Notes: generated by a model from the letters alone, not told the origin. Shown: positions 1 through 11,963, counted from the first letter of the stretch. The stretch is DNA of 64,000 nt from Deltaproteobacteria bacterium (GCA_026129095.1 JAHCIT010000003.1:62001-126000); one strand, 5' to 3'. Translations and numbers: made by a program.

Positions 1-2
1 AC

Positions 3-3000
3 AACGACGGAGGCCCGGCTGACCGGGTCGAATGCGTGATTCCGCAAGGCGTCTCGCCAGCCACCGTTGACTGCGGGCTTCCCTTTTCGGTTATCTCAAT
101 CACCAACAACACCATACAGGTGACGACCCCGGACGCATCCGGCCTGATCGAAGCGGGCGCGTTCGAGATCAGCGCCGCCATCCAGGTGGCGGTTCTGGAC
201 GCGGATGACATCGTCATCCAGGCGACGACTGACGCACTCACTGCGGGCAATTCGTTCACCTTCGCCCGAGGCGCGCTCCAGATCATCGCCATCGGTGGCG
301 AGGACCAGGCAGGCTTCCCGCTGATCGAGCTTGGCGTGCCGCTGGAAACGTTCGTCTACGATTTCGTTCTGCAGTCGCCGGCCACTTCAAATACGCCCGA
401 TCCGCTGGCAGCGCCATACGTGACTTTCGTGGTGGATATTGTCGATCACTGCCCGGCGCTGCTGAATGACTCCGATTTCGAGATGATATTACCCATTAAC
501 GATCTGGGCCGGACACAGATAAGGGTGACGCCGCTGGCCGACTGTCCGTCGCACCAGGTTCGCGTTACGGCGACCGTTACCAACCTGTTCTCGTTCCCGA
601 TCATACCGGTCACACAGACCACCTTCGTGATCCCGGTCGCCGAGGCGGACCAGGGCGTTCTTCAGGTCGTGTCCGGGGCGGGGCAGATTTGTCCGTACGA
701 CACGACCTGCTCGCTGGACCTGACCGCGGATACTCCGGTGCCGGAGCCGATGGTCGTCAGCATCATCGACCGGTTCGGGCAGCCGTTCATCGGCACGATC
801 AATGTGAACTTTGCCGACCAGCCGTTTGGTTTCGGCGGCCGGACCGGAAACCTGACCGATCCGGTCATGGCGCAGGGGACCAGTACGGCCTGCACCGGCA
901 CTGACATCAACAAGGATTGTTCGGCTGTTACCAATGTTCGCGTGAACTTTACCACGGGCGGATCAACGGACCCTGCGCTGAACAGTGCCGAATACGTCGT
1001 CCTGGCAACGGCCATAGGCAACCCGTCGCCGGGAACGTTCACCAATGCGACACCGATCATACCGGCCGGCGGAGTGACCTTCCGGATCCGGGCCGAACGC
1101 CCGGTGGGGACCACGATCGAATACGCTGACCCGGCGCTGGCCGACCGCGAGGCGGACCTGGTCAACGATATGGGGCCATTCGCGATGGGCGTGAAGGTCC
1201 GCGACCAGTGGGGGCGGCTCGCCACCAGCCAGGTCAACGTGCCGAACTGCGTGACCTATACAGCGCAGATGCCGGGCTTCACGTCGCCCCCCACGATTTC
1301 GATGACCGGCGGCAGCACGGTGAACTGCCCGGGTGACCAGCAGGTACCGCCGAACAAGCTTTCGGTCGAGGCGCCTGCCGGGACCGTTACGGAGAGCCTT
1401 GAGTTCGTGAGTGGTTCCCAGGGCGGGGTTATCACGGTGAGGGCGGCTATTACGTCACGGCCCGGTGCACTGGTGGACTTCCGGTTCGCCCTCGGCCTCT
1501 CGAACCGTCCGCCGCCACCAGTGAACCTCTCCCGGGTCATGGCCAGCCACCAGATACAGAACAGCCTCCCGGCGGCCCCGGACGGGACGACAGTCGGCAG
1601 CTTCCTCGTGCGTGGAGCGTTGGGGGCAGTCCGCAAATCGGAGGACGACACGGCGCCGTTTGGCAGCGGCACTCCGCCGACATTCACCCGCTATTCGGTC
1701 AGCGTGACCGACGGCGGGGCGATCACCGGCTGCGGGAATGTCAGTAATGGCATTACCGGCGGAGTAGGGCTGGATGGTACCGGCGACGTTGACCAGGGCC
1801 GTTTCGAGGTCGTGCTGACACCGCCGCCCACTACCGGCCAGCTTGCCATCAGTGTGTGGGATAACCTGAACTGCTCCGGCGAGCAGTCAGTCCCGAAGCT
1901 TATCGGATACACGAGCCGGTTCGATACCGGATACGTCTCCAACCGCTCCCGGTCGCAGCTCGACAAGCTGAGTCTGGATTTCTCCACGCCGGCACCCACG
2001 GTCCTCAATGTCGACACGGACCAGACTTACGGGCTCCAGGCGCTCCGGGTGACCGGTATCCGGCCTCAAGGGATCATGTTCTTCAGTTCCGATCCGGACC
2101 GGCTCGGGCCCGATGGCGAGCCGCTCATGGACCGGGCTATTGTGGTCAACGTGACGACCGGTGACCTGTCGGTGCTCCGGGTCAGCGAGGAAATCGTCGT
2201 GCAGGGCAACGACCTGAATCTCGTCGGCGGCGTGACGACGAACGTGGTCGAGTCCGTCAACTCCGATTTTCTCGTTGAACGCAACCACCACTGCAACCGG
2301 GATCTGGATTTTGAGAATGACTTCTTCCCGGACGTTTCCGACGACTGCTCGGTATCGGCGGGGGATATCCTGATCATCAGGCCTGGCACGCCGCTGGAAA
2401 CCCGCCGGACGGTGACTGCAGTTCTGGGCGTTCCCGGCAACTCCCGCCGGCTGATCCTCAATGGTGACCTGAACCCGATCCAGGTATCGGAACCGGGCGT
2501 CCAGTTCCGCGTCATTTCGCGCTACCGGGAGATCGACGCGGATAACGACTACTTCACCACCAGTTCCGGCGCGGAGCCGGGGGTGACACGCACGCCGGTT
2601 CCGTACCCGGATCGTGACGAAACCAAGACCTTCGAGCAGGATCCGGGCCGGCTTTCCGGAGGTGCAGCATGGAAAGTCTCTCCGCGATATGTGGCAGGCT
2701 ACTTCCCTGAAGATGGAATCGATGCAGTAGACATGCCGTCAACGGGCCTTGTCGGGGTTCTTGGCCGCTTCTTCGTTTCGGACCCGGTATACAATGCGCT
2801 GTATGCGTTCAATGTAGAGCGTGACGACGACGGGCAGATATCCTTCATCCGCCCCGATACAAAAGTGGAAACGTCGGGGGTGCCTCAGCCGAAGGGGGTG
2901 ATTCCGCTGCTCTCGCTCAGGACGCCGGAGTTTAACGCGGTCCTGTCGTTTGCCGGTCCGACGCATCTCACCGTTGATCTTCAGGATACCAACGGAGATG

Positions 3001-6000
3001 ACATCCTGGATTCGTCCGATGAGGCGTACCTCTATGTGGTCGTCGAATCGGATCCGAGCTCAACTACACATGGCGGGCTGTCGGTTTTCGCCCTTACGCC
3101 CGATCCGGCCTCGGGCGAAGACCCCGGCGATGAGTGGTTTGACGACGAGAACATTCGCTTCCCCTTTCAGGGAATCGAAGGCTGCGGGCCGGATACTCCC
3201 TGCTACCAGCACACGACCGCGATCTGTCAGGATCCGGGTCCCGGCGAGCGCGAATGGGTGATGTGTGAAGTCGATACGGACTTCGACCCGTATACGAACT
3301 CCTATGCATCGACGCGAACAAATGTGTGCTTTGATGTTGATGGCGATGGCATCCCCGATGCCTTCCTCCCGACCAATCCCAATTCGACCTGCGGGGCGAC
3401 ATCGGGTGTGGACCGGGTATCGGTACCCGTTCCTGATCCGGCCCGCGATACCGGCATTACGATGATCCTTGCGAGGCAGACGAACCTTCCGGGGGATTTC
3501 CTTTCCGGGCTGTTCACGTTGTCGAATGCGGAGGTTGGGGCACTTTACCGCAGTTCTAGGATACCGCTGACCTTCTGGAAGCCTTTCCGGTTTGAGATGC
3601 CACAGGTGCCCAAGGGGCTGAGGGAGCGAGTGCGTTCCGATGTGGGGTTCCTGACGGTCAGGACAACCTCCGACGACACGGTCCCTGACGCCCTGAATGA
3701 CCGGCCGCAACTCGTTTATCCGGTCGATGTCCGGCCCGACCGGCAACGGTCCGGGGATGACCTGCTTTCCTCCCGGCTGGGCTACACAATAGCATTTGAC
3801 GCCCCTGGTGGCGGCACCGGGGCAGGGCAGGCATATGGCTTTACCGCTTCCGACCCCAACCCTCAGGTTCTTCGCCAGTGTGTCATGGACCCGAATCCCA
3901 GGGTTACCGATACGCCGGGGCCGGACCAGCGGGACCGCGATGACATTGTTACGGTTCCCATCGACAAGCAGATCGCCGTAACAGGGCTGCCCGGCAACGG
4001 CCTGTTTGGGACTGACAATGTGAAAGGCACCGCGGACGATCTGGTGCAGCCGCAGGACATTCTGCTGTTCAAGACTGGGCCGTCCAGCCGGATTTACCGG
4101 TATACCGTCGTGAGCGTGGATACTGCAGTCCGGTTCACCGTCAAGGCCGACCAGTGTGATGGAGTGCCGTCTGGAGCCATTACGCAGTTCCGGATCATCG
4201 ACAGCATGAACGTGATCGACCTCAAGGGTGTTTTCTCGCTTGCCGATCTCCCCACCGGGATAGCGATGCACCGGACCCAGACGGCACGGACTGAAACCCT
4301 CGGCGGTGGTATCGGCCGTGCACGTGCGCATCTTTTCGGCACCCGTGACGACCGTGGGACCAGCGGGACACCCACTGATGATCTCGACGACCGGCTGACG
4401 ATGATGGTTACGGTCTCCCGCGGCGTGGCGGACGCTTCGCCCGACACGACGGAAACAACCATCGGCATGATCAATGTCTATGACCCGGGCCCGTCGGGAA
4501 GCACTGCTGATGACCGTGGATGTCTGCTGATGACCCTCGGTGATAGCGGTCCGTTGGCGCCCGCCCATGATGAACAGTGTGACGAGATGCAGGGTGAGAA
4601 CTCGCTTAGCCCGGGGAACCCGGCGGTGAATCTGGCTTCGCCGAATACGGGTGCTGGCGGGGCGATTGTTGTTGAGGGCACCGACAAACTGGGCTTCCTG
4701 CTGAACACCAGTTCCAGCCAGATCCTCCAGTTCCGGCATGAACGGCAGGCGGCTGATGCCGGTCATGGCAATCTGCCGTGGATGAAGGTTTCGCCATACC
4801 CGGCCCTGACCTTCAACGAGATCACCTTCGAGACATCCCAGAACTTCCCGAGCCTGTTCCCCGGCGATGCCGGCCGTTTCTGGACTCCGGTAACCTATGA
4901 CAGCAGTTCCGTGCGCCAGCGGATGATGTTCACACTGCCACTGGCGAACACGATTGCGGTCATTGAACAGCGGGATTTTGGTAATCCGCCGTCAGTGGTC
5001 CATGTAGGCAAGGTCGTGGATACGGACAACATCACCGGCGCGCAGAGCATCCGGATCGATACGGGCACATCCTCCAATGGTCCGGTCCAGCGCCTCGACA
5101 AGATTGAGAAATCTTTCTACTACGGTACAGCCGTGGGGGATTCGGTTCTCTTTGTGTCCGAGGTGGGGGGCGGTACCGGCCGTCTCGACCTGAACGTGGT
5201 TGATCCCCAGATCGACATGGCGCTTGACCAGAATGACGGGATTCCCGGTATCACGGGCCTCAGCGCTGGTCTTAGCGAAGGCCAGAGCACTGCCGACCTT
5301 TACCAGGTGATCGTCGATGAAGGCCGCAGCCGGGTATATATTGTCGCCAGTCCGAGCAACACTAACTACCGCATTGTGGCGCGCAGTCTCCATGACGGCT
5401 CGGAAATCAATCTGGTTGACGGCATCCCGAACTGTTCGACCATCAAGCAGATCCAGATCGTGACCGAGCCCCAGACCAACGCCCAACCCCAGTCATTTGC
5501 CATACGGGATAACCTGCTCCTCGTCGGTTACAATTTCGGTGTCCAGGACCAGCCGCGCCTGTTCTGGCTGAACCTCGACAACCTGCAGGCGGCCGATTTC
5601 AACGCTAACTGCACGGCCAATTTCCAGCATGGAAACGCCTATGTCGTTCCCCGTGGATCGGGTGGGAACGCGTATGCGGGCGATATCCAGGCGATCGAAA
5701 TTGCCGGAGACCGGGCGCTGGTGGCGGGTGTGACGGGAAGCTCGCTCAAGCTGTCGGTGATCGATCTGACCCAGTTCTGGCGCTGGAAACCGGGCAGTTC
5801 TTGCCCCTCGACCGAGTGCCGTCCGCGCGATGCCGCACTATCGGCTGCCGGCAGCACGGCTCCGCTTGTGGTGGAATCCGGCGGAGGAGGCTCCGTGGTG
5901 CAGTTGCAGATCCATGGTGGAGTTGCATTCATGACCGTCGCCCGCGCGTCTGCGCCGCTGAAACGGGTACATGTAATTGATATTGCTCCGTATTCCGCTG

Positions 6001-6290
6001 CTCCGAATGGCGGTGGGAACGTCACCTTCCGGTCCCCGGTGAATGTGGCGGTGGTAAACGCTCCGGGCGGTGATCCTGCTGCCTCTGTGGTCGGTCCCGG
6101 CTGGCTCGTCATACCGAATCGTGAACGGGATACTGATGGCAACAACCTGACGCTAATCAATCTGACGACGCCCACATGGAACCGGACGACCCCACCCGTC
6201 ATCAGTGGCTCGTCGGTGCATTACTACCCGGCAGGCGCTGAAGACGGGACTATCCGCGATTTTGAGTTCACTACGTTGCCGCCCAATTGA
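3..6290 (+). CDS. Giant putative secreted/surface protein (>2,084 aa), 5'-truncated; Ig-like and beta-propeller-like segments, Asp-rich Ca-binding-like motifs
   Basis: Frame is open from position 3 with no stop before the GTG at 36. Rich in G/T/P/D/V with many Cys; motifs DTNGDDILDSSDE and DVDGDGIPD; internal repeats. No family recognised. Confidence 0.85.
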   Translation, partial: NDGGPADRVECVIPQGVSPATVDCGLPFSVISITNNTIQVTTPDASGLIEAGAFEISAAIQVAVLDADDIVIQATTDALTAGNSFTFARGALQIIAIGGEDQAGFPLIELGVPLETFVYDFVLQSPATSNTPDPLAAPYVTFVVDIVDHCPALLNDSDFEMILPINDLGRTQIRVTPLADCPSHQVRVTATVTNLFSFPIIPVTQTTFVIPVAEADQGVLQVVSGAGQICPYDTTCSLDLTADTPVPEPMVVSIIDRFGQPFIGTINVNFADQPFGFGGRTGNLTDPVMAQGTSTACTGTDINKDCSAVTNVRVNFTTGGSTDPALNSAEYVVLATAIGNPSPGTFTNATPIIPAGGVTFRIRAERPVGTTIEYADPALADREADLVNDMGPFAMGVKVRDQWGRLATSQVNVPNCVTYTAQMPGFTSPPTISMTGGSTVNCPGDQQVPPNKLSVEAPAGTVTESLEFVSGSQGGVITVRAAITSRPGALVDFRFALGLSNRPPPPVNLSRVMASHQIQNSLPAAPDGTTVGSFLVRGALGAVRKSEDDTAPFGSGTPPTFTRYSVSVTDGGAITGCGNVSNGITGGVGLDGTGDVDQGRFEVVLTPPPTTGQLAISVWDNLNCSGEQSVPKLIGYTSRFDTGYVSNRSRSQLDKLSLDFSTPAPTVLNVDTDQTYGLQALRVTGIRPQGIMFFSSDPDRLGPDGEPLMDRAIVVNVTTGDLSVLRVSEEIVVQGNDLNLVGGVTTNVVESVNSDFLVERNHHCNRDLDFENDFFPDVSDDCSVSAGDILIIRPGTPLETRRTVTAVLGVPGNSRRLILNGDLNPIQVSEPGVQFRVISRYREIDADNDYFTTSSGAEPGVTRTPVPYPDRDETKTFEQDPGRLSGGAAWKVSPRYVAGYFPEDGIDAVDMPSTGLVGVLGRFFVSDPVYNALYAFNVERDDDGQISFIRPDTKVETSGVPQPKGVIPLLSLRTPEFNAVLSFAGPTHLTVDLQDTNGDDILDSSDEAYLYVVVESDPSSTTHGGLSVFALTPDPASGEDPGDEWFDDENIRFPFQGIEGCGPDTPCYQHTTAICQDPGPGEREWVMCEVDTDFDPYTNSYASTRTNVCFDVDGDGIPDAFLPTNPNSTCGATSGVDRVSVPVPDPARDTGITMILARQTNLPGDFLSGLFTLSNAEVGALYRSSRIPLTFWKPFRFEMPQVPKGLRERVRSDVGFLTVRTTSDDTVPDALNDRPQLVYPVDVRPDRQRSGDDLLSSRLGYTIAFDAPGGGTGAGQAYGFTASDPNPQVLRQCVMDPNPRVTDTPGPDQRDRDDIVTVPIDKQIAVTGLPGNGLFGTDNVKGTADDLVQPQDILLFKTGPSSRIYRYTVVSVDTAVRFTVKADQCDGVPSGAITQFRIIDSMNVIDLKGVFSLADLPTGIAMHRTQTARTETLGGGIGRARAHLFGTRDDRGTSGTPTDDLDDRLTMMVTVSRGVADASPDTTETTIGMINVYDPGPSGSTADDRGCLLMTLGDSGPLAPAHDEQCDEMQGENSLSPGNPAVNLASPNTGAGGAIVVEGTDKLGFLLNTSSSQILQFRHERQAADAGHGNLPWMKVSPYPALTFNEITFETSQNFPSLFPGDAGRFWTPVTYDSSSVRQRMMFTLPLANTIAVIEQRDFGNPPSVVHVGKVVDTDNITGAQSIRIDTGTSSNGPVQRLDKIEKSFYYGTAVGDSVLFVSEVGGGTGRLDLNVVDPQIDMALDQNDGIPGITGLSAGLSEGQSTADLYQVIVDEGRSRVYIVASPSNTNYRIVARSLHDGSEINLVDGIPNCSTIKQIQIVTEPQTNAQPQSFAIRDNLLLVGYNFGVQDQPRLFWLNLDNLQAADFNANCTANFQHGNAYVVPRGSGGNAYAGDIQAIEIAGDRALVAGVTGSSLKLSVIDLTQFWRWKPGSSCPSTECRPRDAALSAAGSTAPLVVESGGGGSVVQLQIHGGVAFMTVARASAPLKRVHVIDIAPYSAAPNGGGNVTFRSPVNVAVVNAPGGDPAASVVGPGWLVIPNRERDTDGNNLTLINLTTPTWNRTTPPVISGSSVHYYPAGAEDGTIRDFEFTTLPPN

Positions 6291-6317
6291 GTGAGGCCGG
6301 ATTTTCTCTCCCTCCGG

Positions 6318-6345
6318 TTGACTGACCGGGAGGCCGGTTTATAAT
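6318..6345 (+). promoter_or_regulatory. sigma70-type promoter of pyrG
   Basis: TTGACT-N16-TATAAT, ending 31 nt upstream of the pyrG ATG. Confidence 0.75.
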
Positions 6346-6361
6346 CCGCTCCCGGGCTTAG

Positions 6362-8005
<1,644 letters not shown>

Positions 8006-8147
8006 CCACGTCGCACCACGGCTGGGTCCCGGCTCTCACCGGGCTGTCAAGGAATCTTGATAGATGCCCCTTTGTACCACTTGCTTCAGAATTCGCAGTC
8101 CCAAAAAATGCCTGTAGTAACAATTAGTTATGCCGCTACTTCTGGGA

Positions 8148-8200
8148 CGGTATGATTTCTGCTGTGGACCATGCCCTTCATGGTTGGTATAATTTTCGCA
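8148..8200 (+). promoter_or_regulatory. rpoN promoter region: extended -10 (TGGTATAAT) overlapping GG-N10-GC sigma54-like boxes
   Basis: CGGTATGATTTCTGCT (8148-8163) and TGGTATAATTTTCGCA (8185-8200) in an AT-rich intergenic region. Confidence 0.5.
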
Positions 8201-8254
8201 TATTGCCGTAAAAGTGCTCAAATATTGGTATAACTATAGGGAATTATTGGATAA

Positions 8255-9724
8255 ATGTCCGTTGGACCCCGCCAGCAACTGAGTGTTGGTCTCAAGCAGA
8301 GCCAGAGTCTCAGACTTACGCCGCAATTGCAGATGGCAATCCGGCTGCTGCAGTACAACCGGCTCGAACTGGCCGAGCACATACAGCAGGAAATTCTCGA
8401 AAATCCGATGCTGGAGCAGGTGGAGGAGCCGCCTCTTTCACCGGAACTGGCTGATGCCCCCGCTGTCACCGCCCTTCCCGAAACTCCGGGCAAGGAACTG
8501 ACCGGGCAGGAGGGAGAGGGCGTCGGCGAGTTCGACTGGGACAGCTACCTCGAATCCTACAATATCGAACGGGCCCACCCCTCGCTTTCCTCCGAGGGGA
8601 TGGACGACGAAACCCGCGAATTCATCCAGTCGTCCATCTCGCGCCCTGACACTCTGGTTGAGCACCTGCTCTGGCAGGTAAAGGTCGCCGATTTTGGCGA
8701 AAAAGAGCGCCTGATTGCAGCCTGGTGCATCGAGAACCTCGACGACCGGGGTTACCTCGTTGCAACGGCTGAGGAAGCGGCCCAGGCCACAGGTGCCAGC
8801 GAGACAGAGGTTGAAGTGGTGCTGGCCCGGCTACGGCTGCTGGACCCGCCGGGGATCTGTTCGCGCAACTTGCGTGAATGCCTGCTCGCCCAGCTCGAAG
8901 TGCTTGGCTTCGAAGGTTCGCTGGTCTGGGAACTGGTGGACAAATATCTGGAAATGGTCGATGGCCGGAACCTGAAACCGCTGGCCCGGAAGCTGAAGGT
9001 CGAACCGGAACAGGTGTCAGAAGCCCTGCATTTCCTGAAAACCCTGGAGCCGGTTCCGGCCCGGAACTGGCAGGACAGTGACGATAACCGCTATATCGTT
9101 CCCGATGTTTATGTCGAAAAGGGCCCGGACGGTGAATACCGGGTTGTTCTTAATGAGGACGATATCCCTTATGTCCGGGTTAATCATCAGTACCTGGGGC
9201 TGCTGCGCCGGCAGGCGGCGGGCGGGTCCAAGGATACCCGGGAATACGTCCAGCAGAAGCTCCGCAGCGCCGAATGGCTGATCAAGAGCGTTTATCAGCG
9301 CAAACGCACCATTCACCGGGTAATGGAGGCGATCATCGAATTCCAGCGGGATTTCCTTGATCACGGGGTTTCCCATCTCCGCCCCCTGATCCTGCGGGAT
9401 GTGGCTGAAAAGATCGGAATGCATGAATCGACCGTCTCCCGGGTGACCAGCAATAAATACGTCCAGACCCCCCGTGGAATTTTTGAGCTCAAGTATTTCT
9501 TCAACTCGGGTATTTCGACTACCTATGGCGGCGCGGTGGCGAGCGAATCGGTCAAGGAAAGACTGAAGAAGCTCGTCGGCGAGGAGGGCGACAAGCCGCT
9601 GACGGACATGGAAATTGTCAGCCGCCTGAGGGAGGAAGGCATTACGATCTCCCGCCGGGCGCTGACGAAATACCGTGAGCAGCTTGGGATCCCGGCCTCC
9701 TCGAAGCGCAAGAAATTCTATTGA
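8255..9724 (+). CDS. rpoN: RNA polymerase sigma-54 factor
   Basis: LRLTPQLQMAIRLLQ region I, MHESTVSRVT HTH, RpoN box SRRALTKYRE. Confidence 0.98.
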   Translation: MSVGPRQQLSVGLKQSQSLRLTPQLQMAIRLLQYNRLELAEHIQQEILENPMLEQVEEPPLSPELADAPAVTALPETPGKELTGQEGEGVGEFDWDSYLESYNIERAHPSLSSEGMDDETREFIQSSISRPDTLVEHLLWQVKVADFGEKERLIAAWCIENLDDRGYLVATAEEAAQATGASETEVEVVLARLRLLDPPGICSRNLRECLLAQLEVLGFEGSLVWELVDKYLEMVDGRNLKPLARKLKVEPEQVSEALHFLKTLEPVPARNWQDSDDNRYIVPDVYVEKGPDGEYRVVLNEDDIPYVRVNHQYLGLLRRQAAGGSKDTREYVQQKLRSAEWLIKSVYQRKRTIHRVMEAIIEFQRDFLDHGVSHLRPLILRDVAEKIGMHESTVSRVTSNKYVQTPRGIFELKYFFNSGISTTYGGAVASESVKERLKKLVGEEGDKPLTDMEIVSRLREEGITISRRALTKYREQLGIPASSKRKKFY

Positions 9725-9824
9725 TGTGGCGGCGGCAAGGCGGAGCCGCCACGGCAGCCGGGAGACAGGCCAGATCTCCGGCTCCGGAACATCCGCCCTG
9801 ATGAAAGGAACCGGTATACCGGAT

Positions 9825-10382
9825 ATGCAAGTCAACGTAAGTTTCAGACACATGCCCTCAAGTGACGCTTTGCGCTCTTATGTGGAGACGAAGCTCCTGA
9901 AGGTGAAGAAATACCTCGACGAACCCATCGAGGCCCATGTCGCCCTGACTGCGGAAAAAACACAACACCGGGCATCGATACAGATCGATGCACACGGAAC
10001 GCGGGTCAAGGCCGAGCATTCGACTACCGATATGTACGCGACGGTTGACCTGGCTGTCGACAAGATCGAGAAGCAGCTCCGCCGGCACAAGGACCGCATG
10101 AAGGAGCACCATGCTACGACTCATGCCGGTTCCCTGCGGATGGCCCAGAAGGAAACCATCCGTAAGCCCTCCCGGGCGGCCGAGCCGCGTGCCGGGTCGA
10201 ACCTGCAGATCATCCGGATTGAACCGATCGACGGAAAGCCGATGACCGTCGATGAGGCGTCCCTGCAGCTGGGGTTCATGAAGAACCGGTTCATCGTGTT
10301 TCGCAATATGGAGTCGGACGAAGTGAACGTCCTCTACAAGCGCAAGGACGGTGCCTTGGGGCTGATCGTGCCTGGACGGTGA
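9825..10382 (+). CDS. hpf: Ribosome hibernation promoting factor (long HPF/RaiA)
   Basis: MQVNVSFRHM...DMYATVDLAVDKIEKQLRRHK, C-terminal KPMTVDEA...VNVLYKRKDG; follows rpoN. Start moved to ATG 9825. Confidence 0.95.
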   Translation: MQVNVSFRHMPSSDALRSYVETKLLKVKKYLDEPIEAHVALTAEKTQHRASIQIDAHGTRVKAEHSTTDMYATVDLAVDKIEKQLRRHKDRMKEHHATTHAGSLRMAQKETIRKPSRAAEPRAGSNLQIIRIEPIDGKPMTVDEASLQLGFMKNRFIVFRNMESDEVNVLYKRKDGALGLIVPGR

Positions 10383-10509
10383 TATGCCACAGATTCATGA
10401 AAATCGGCATTCGCGACCGCTGGCTATTGCCCGTATGGAACCTGTCAGCTAACCGGAGCCTGTCGTTGGGCTAACGGCGTAATTTCCCGGATTGAGCGGT
10501 ACGGTTGCG

Positions 10510-10971
10510 GTGAAGATCAGGCAGATTCTGATGGAAGCAGCCTACACGCCGGCACTTTCCGGTTCGACCTCGGATCATGTACTGCGGGAGATCGCTACGC
10601 TGGCCGCCACGGGCGGCCGGGTGGATGCCGACTCCGTGCACCGGGCGCTATCCGAGCGTGAGCGGCTGGGGTCAACAGCCCTTACAGATGGGATTGCAAT
10701 CCCCCACGGCAAGCTGCCCGGCCTCAAAGATGCCGTGGTGGTAGTAGCCCGGCATACTGGGGGAATCGAGTTTGGCGCACTGGATCACCAGCCGACGCGG
10801 CTGTTTGTGGCGCTGCTGGCTCCGGACAATGATCCCACGCACCATCTGAAAGTGCTCGCACGGCTGGCCCGGCTCCTCAAGGAGCCCGAATGCCGCCAGA
10901 AGCTGATCGAGAGTGTGACGGCCGAGGCGATGAATCAGGCCTTTATCGACGCGGACGACCGGGTAGCCTAG
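10510..10971 (+). CDS. ptsN: PTS EIIA-Ntr
   Basis: ERERLGSTALTDGIAIPHGK with phospho-His, HLKVLARLARLL; start uncertain (10492 or 10510). Confidence 0.9.
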   Translation: MKIRQILMEAAYTPALSGSTSDHVLREIATLAATGGRVDADSVHRALSERERLGSTALTDGIAIPHGKLPGLKDAVVVVARHTGGIEFGALDHQPTRLFVALLAPDNDPTHHLKVLARLARLLKEPECRQKLIESVTAEAMNQAFIDADDRVA

Positions 10972-11004
10972 ACTTTAGCGGTCCGGCTCCCGGAGGCCCC
11001 GCGC

Positions 11005-11961
11005 ATGCTGAAACTGTCCGACCTGCTGACGCCCGACGAGTACGCACTGGATCTGGTGCGGCTTGCAGGTTCAGATGCCGCGCTCGGCCAGAGCATTACC
11101 TCCGCCAAGGTGCAGAAGACGGGATTGCACCTGACGGGCTTCCTGGAGCACCACCACCCGGACCGGCTTCAGCTGCTTGGCAAGGCCGAGATCAGCTACC
11201 TCGACAAGGGCGGGCAGGAAGAAAACCTGGACCGCCTGATTGGCGCCGGTATTCTCGCCTTTGTCGTTACTTCCGGGCTGCCTGCACCGGATGTGCTCCA
11301 GAAAGTGTGTGAGAAGCACGACGTCCCGCTGTTATGCACACTTCACGACACGACGGTTTTTGTCCAGCGCATTTCCCGGCGGCTGGAAGAAGCGCTCTCG
11401 GAGAGAACAACCGTGCATGGCGTCCTGGTGGACGTGTTCGGCATCGGTATCCTGCTGACCGGGAAAAGCGGCATCGGAAAAAGCGAATGCGCGCTGGATC
11501 TGGTGCTGAATGGTCACCGCTTCATTGCCGACGATGTGGTGGAGATCGTCAAGGTCCCGCCGACGAACCTGATCGGAATGGCCAGCGAGGTGCTTCAGCA
11601 TCACATGGAAATCCGCGGCCTTGGCATACTGAACATGCGTGAACTATTCGGTATTTCCTCTACCCGCGAGCGGAAAAAGATCGAGCTGGTCGTGCAACTG
11701 ACAGACTGGAAGTCCGAGCAGGACTATGACCGCCTGGGGCTTGATGACCGGTTCCATGAGCTGATGGGCGTCAAGATTCCGATGCTGATAATTCCCGTCA
11801 CGCCCGGCCGAAACATGACGGCGATACTGGAGGTCGCTGCCCGCAACCAGATGCTCAAGTACCGGGGCATTTACTCTGCCAAGGAGTTTGAGGAACGGCT
11901 GGTGCGGAAGATTTCCGAGCGACGCCAGTCACGGCCGGTGACTGATGAGGACATCGAATAA
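11005..11961 (+). CDS. hprK: HPr(Ser) kinase/phosphorylase
   Basis: HGVLVDVFGIGILLTGKSGIGKSECALDL, ADD, MEIRGLGI. Confidence 0.97.
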   Translation: MLKLSDLLTPDEYALDLVRLAGSDAALGQSITSAKVQKTGLHLTGFLEHHHPDRLQLLGKAEISYLDKGGQEENLDRLIGAGILAFVVTSGLPAPDVLQKVCEKHDVPLLCTLHDTTVFVQRISRRLEEALSERTTVHGVLVDVFGIGILLTGKSGIGKSECALDLVLNGHRFIADDVVEIVKVPPTNLIGMASEVLQHHMEIRGLGILNMRELFGISSTRERKKIELVVQLTDWKSEQDYDRLGLDDRFHELMGVKIPMLIIPVTPGRNMTAILEVAARNQMLKYRGIYSAKEFEERLVRKISERRQSRPVTDEDIE

Positions 11962-11963
11962 TC

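Noticed and set aside
3060-4766. Long antisense ORFs (also 39396-40901, 56767-58692 and many shorter ones)
   Set aside because: They lie opposite well-supported genes, have no recognisable motifs and are expected in GC-rich DNA.
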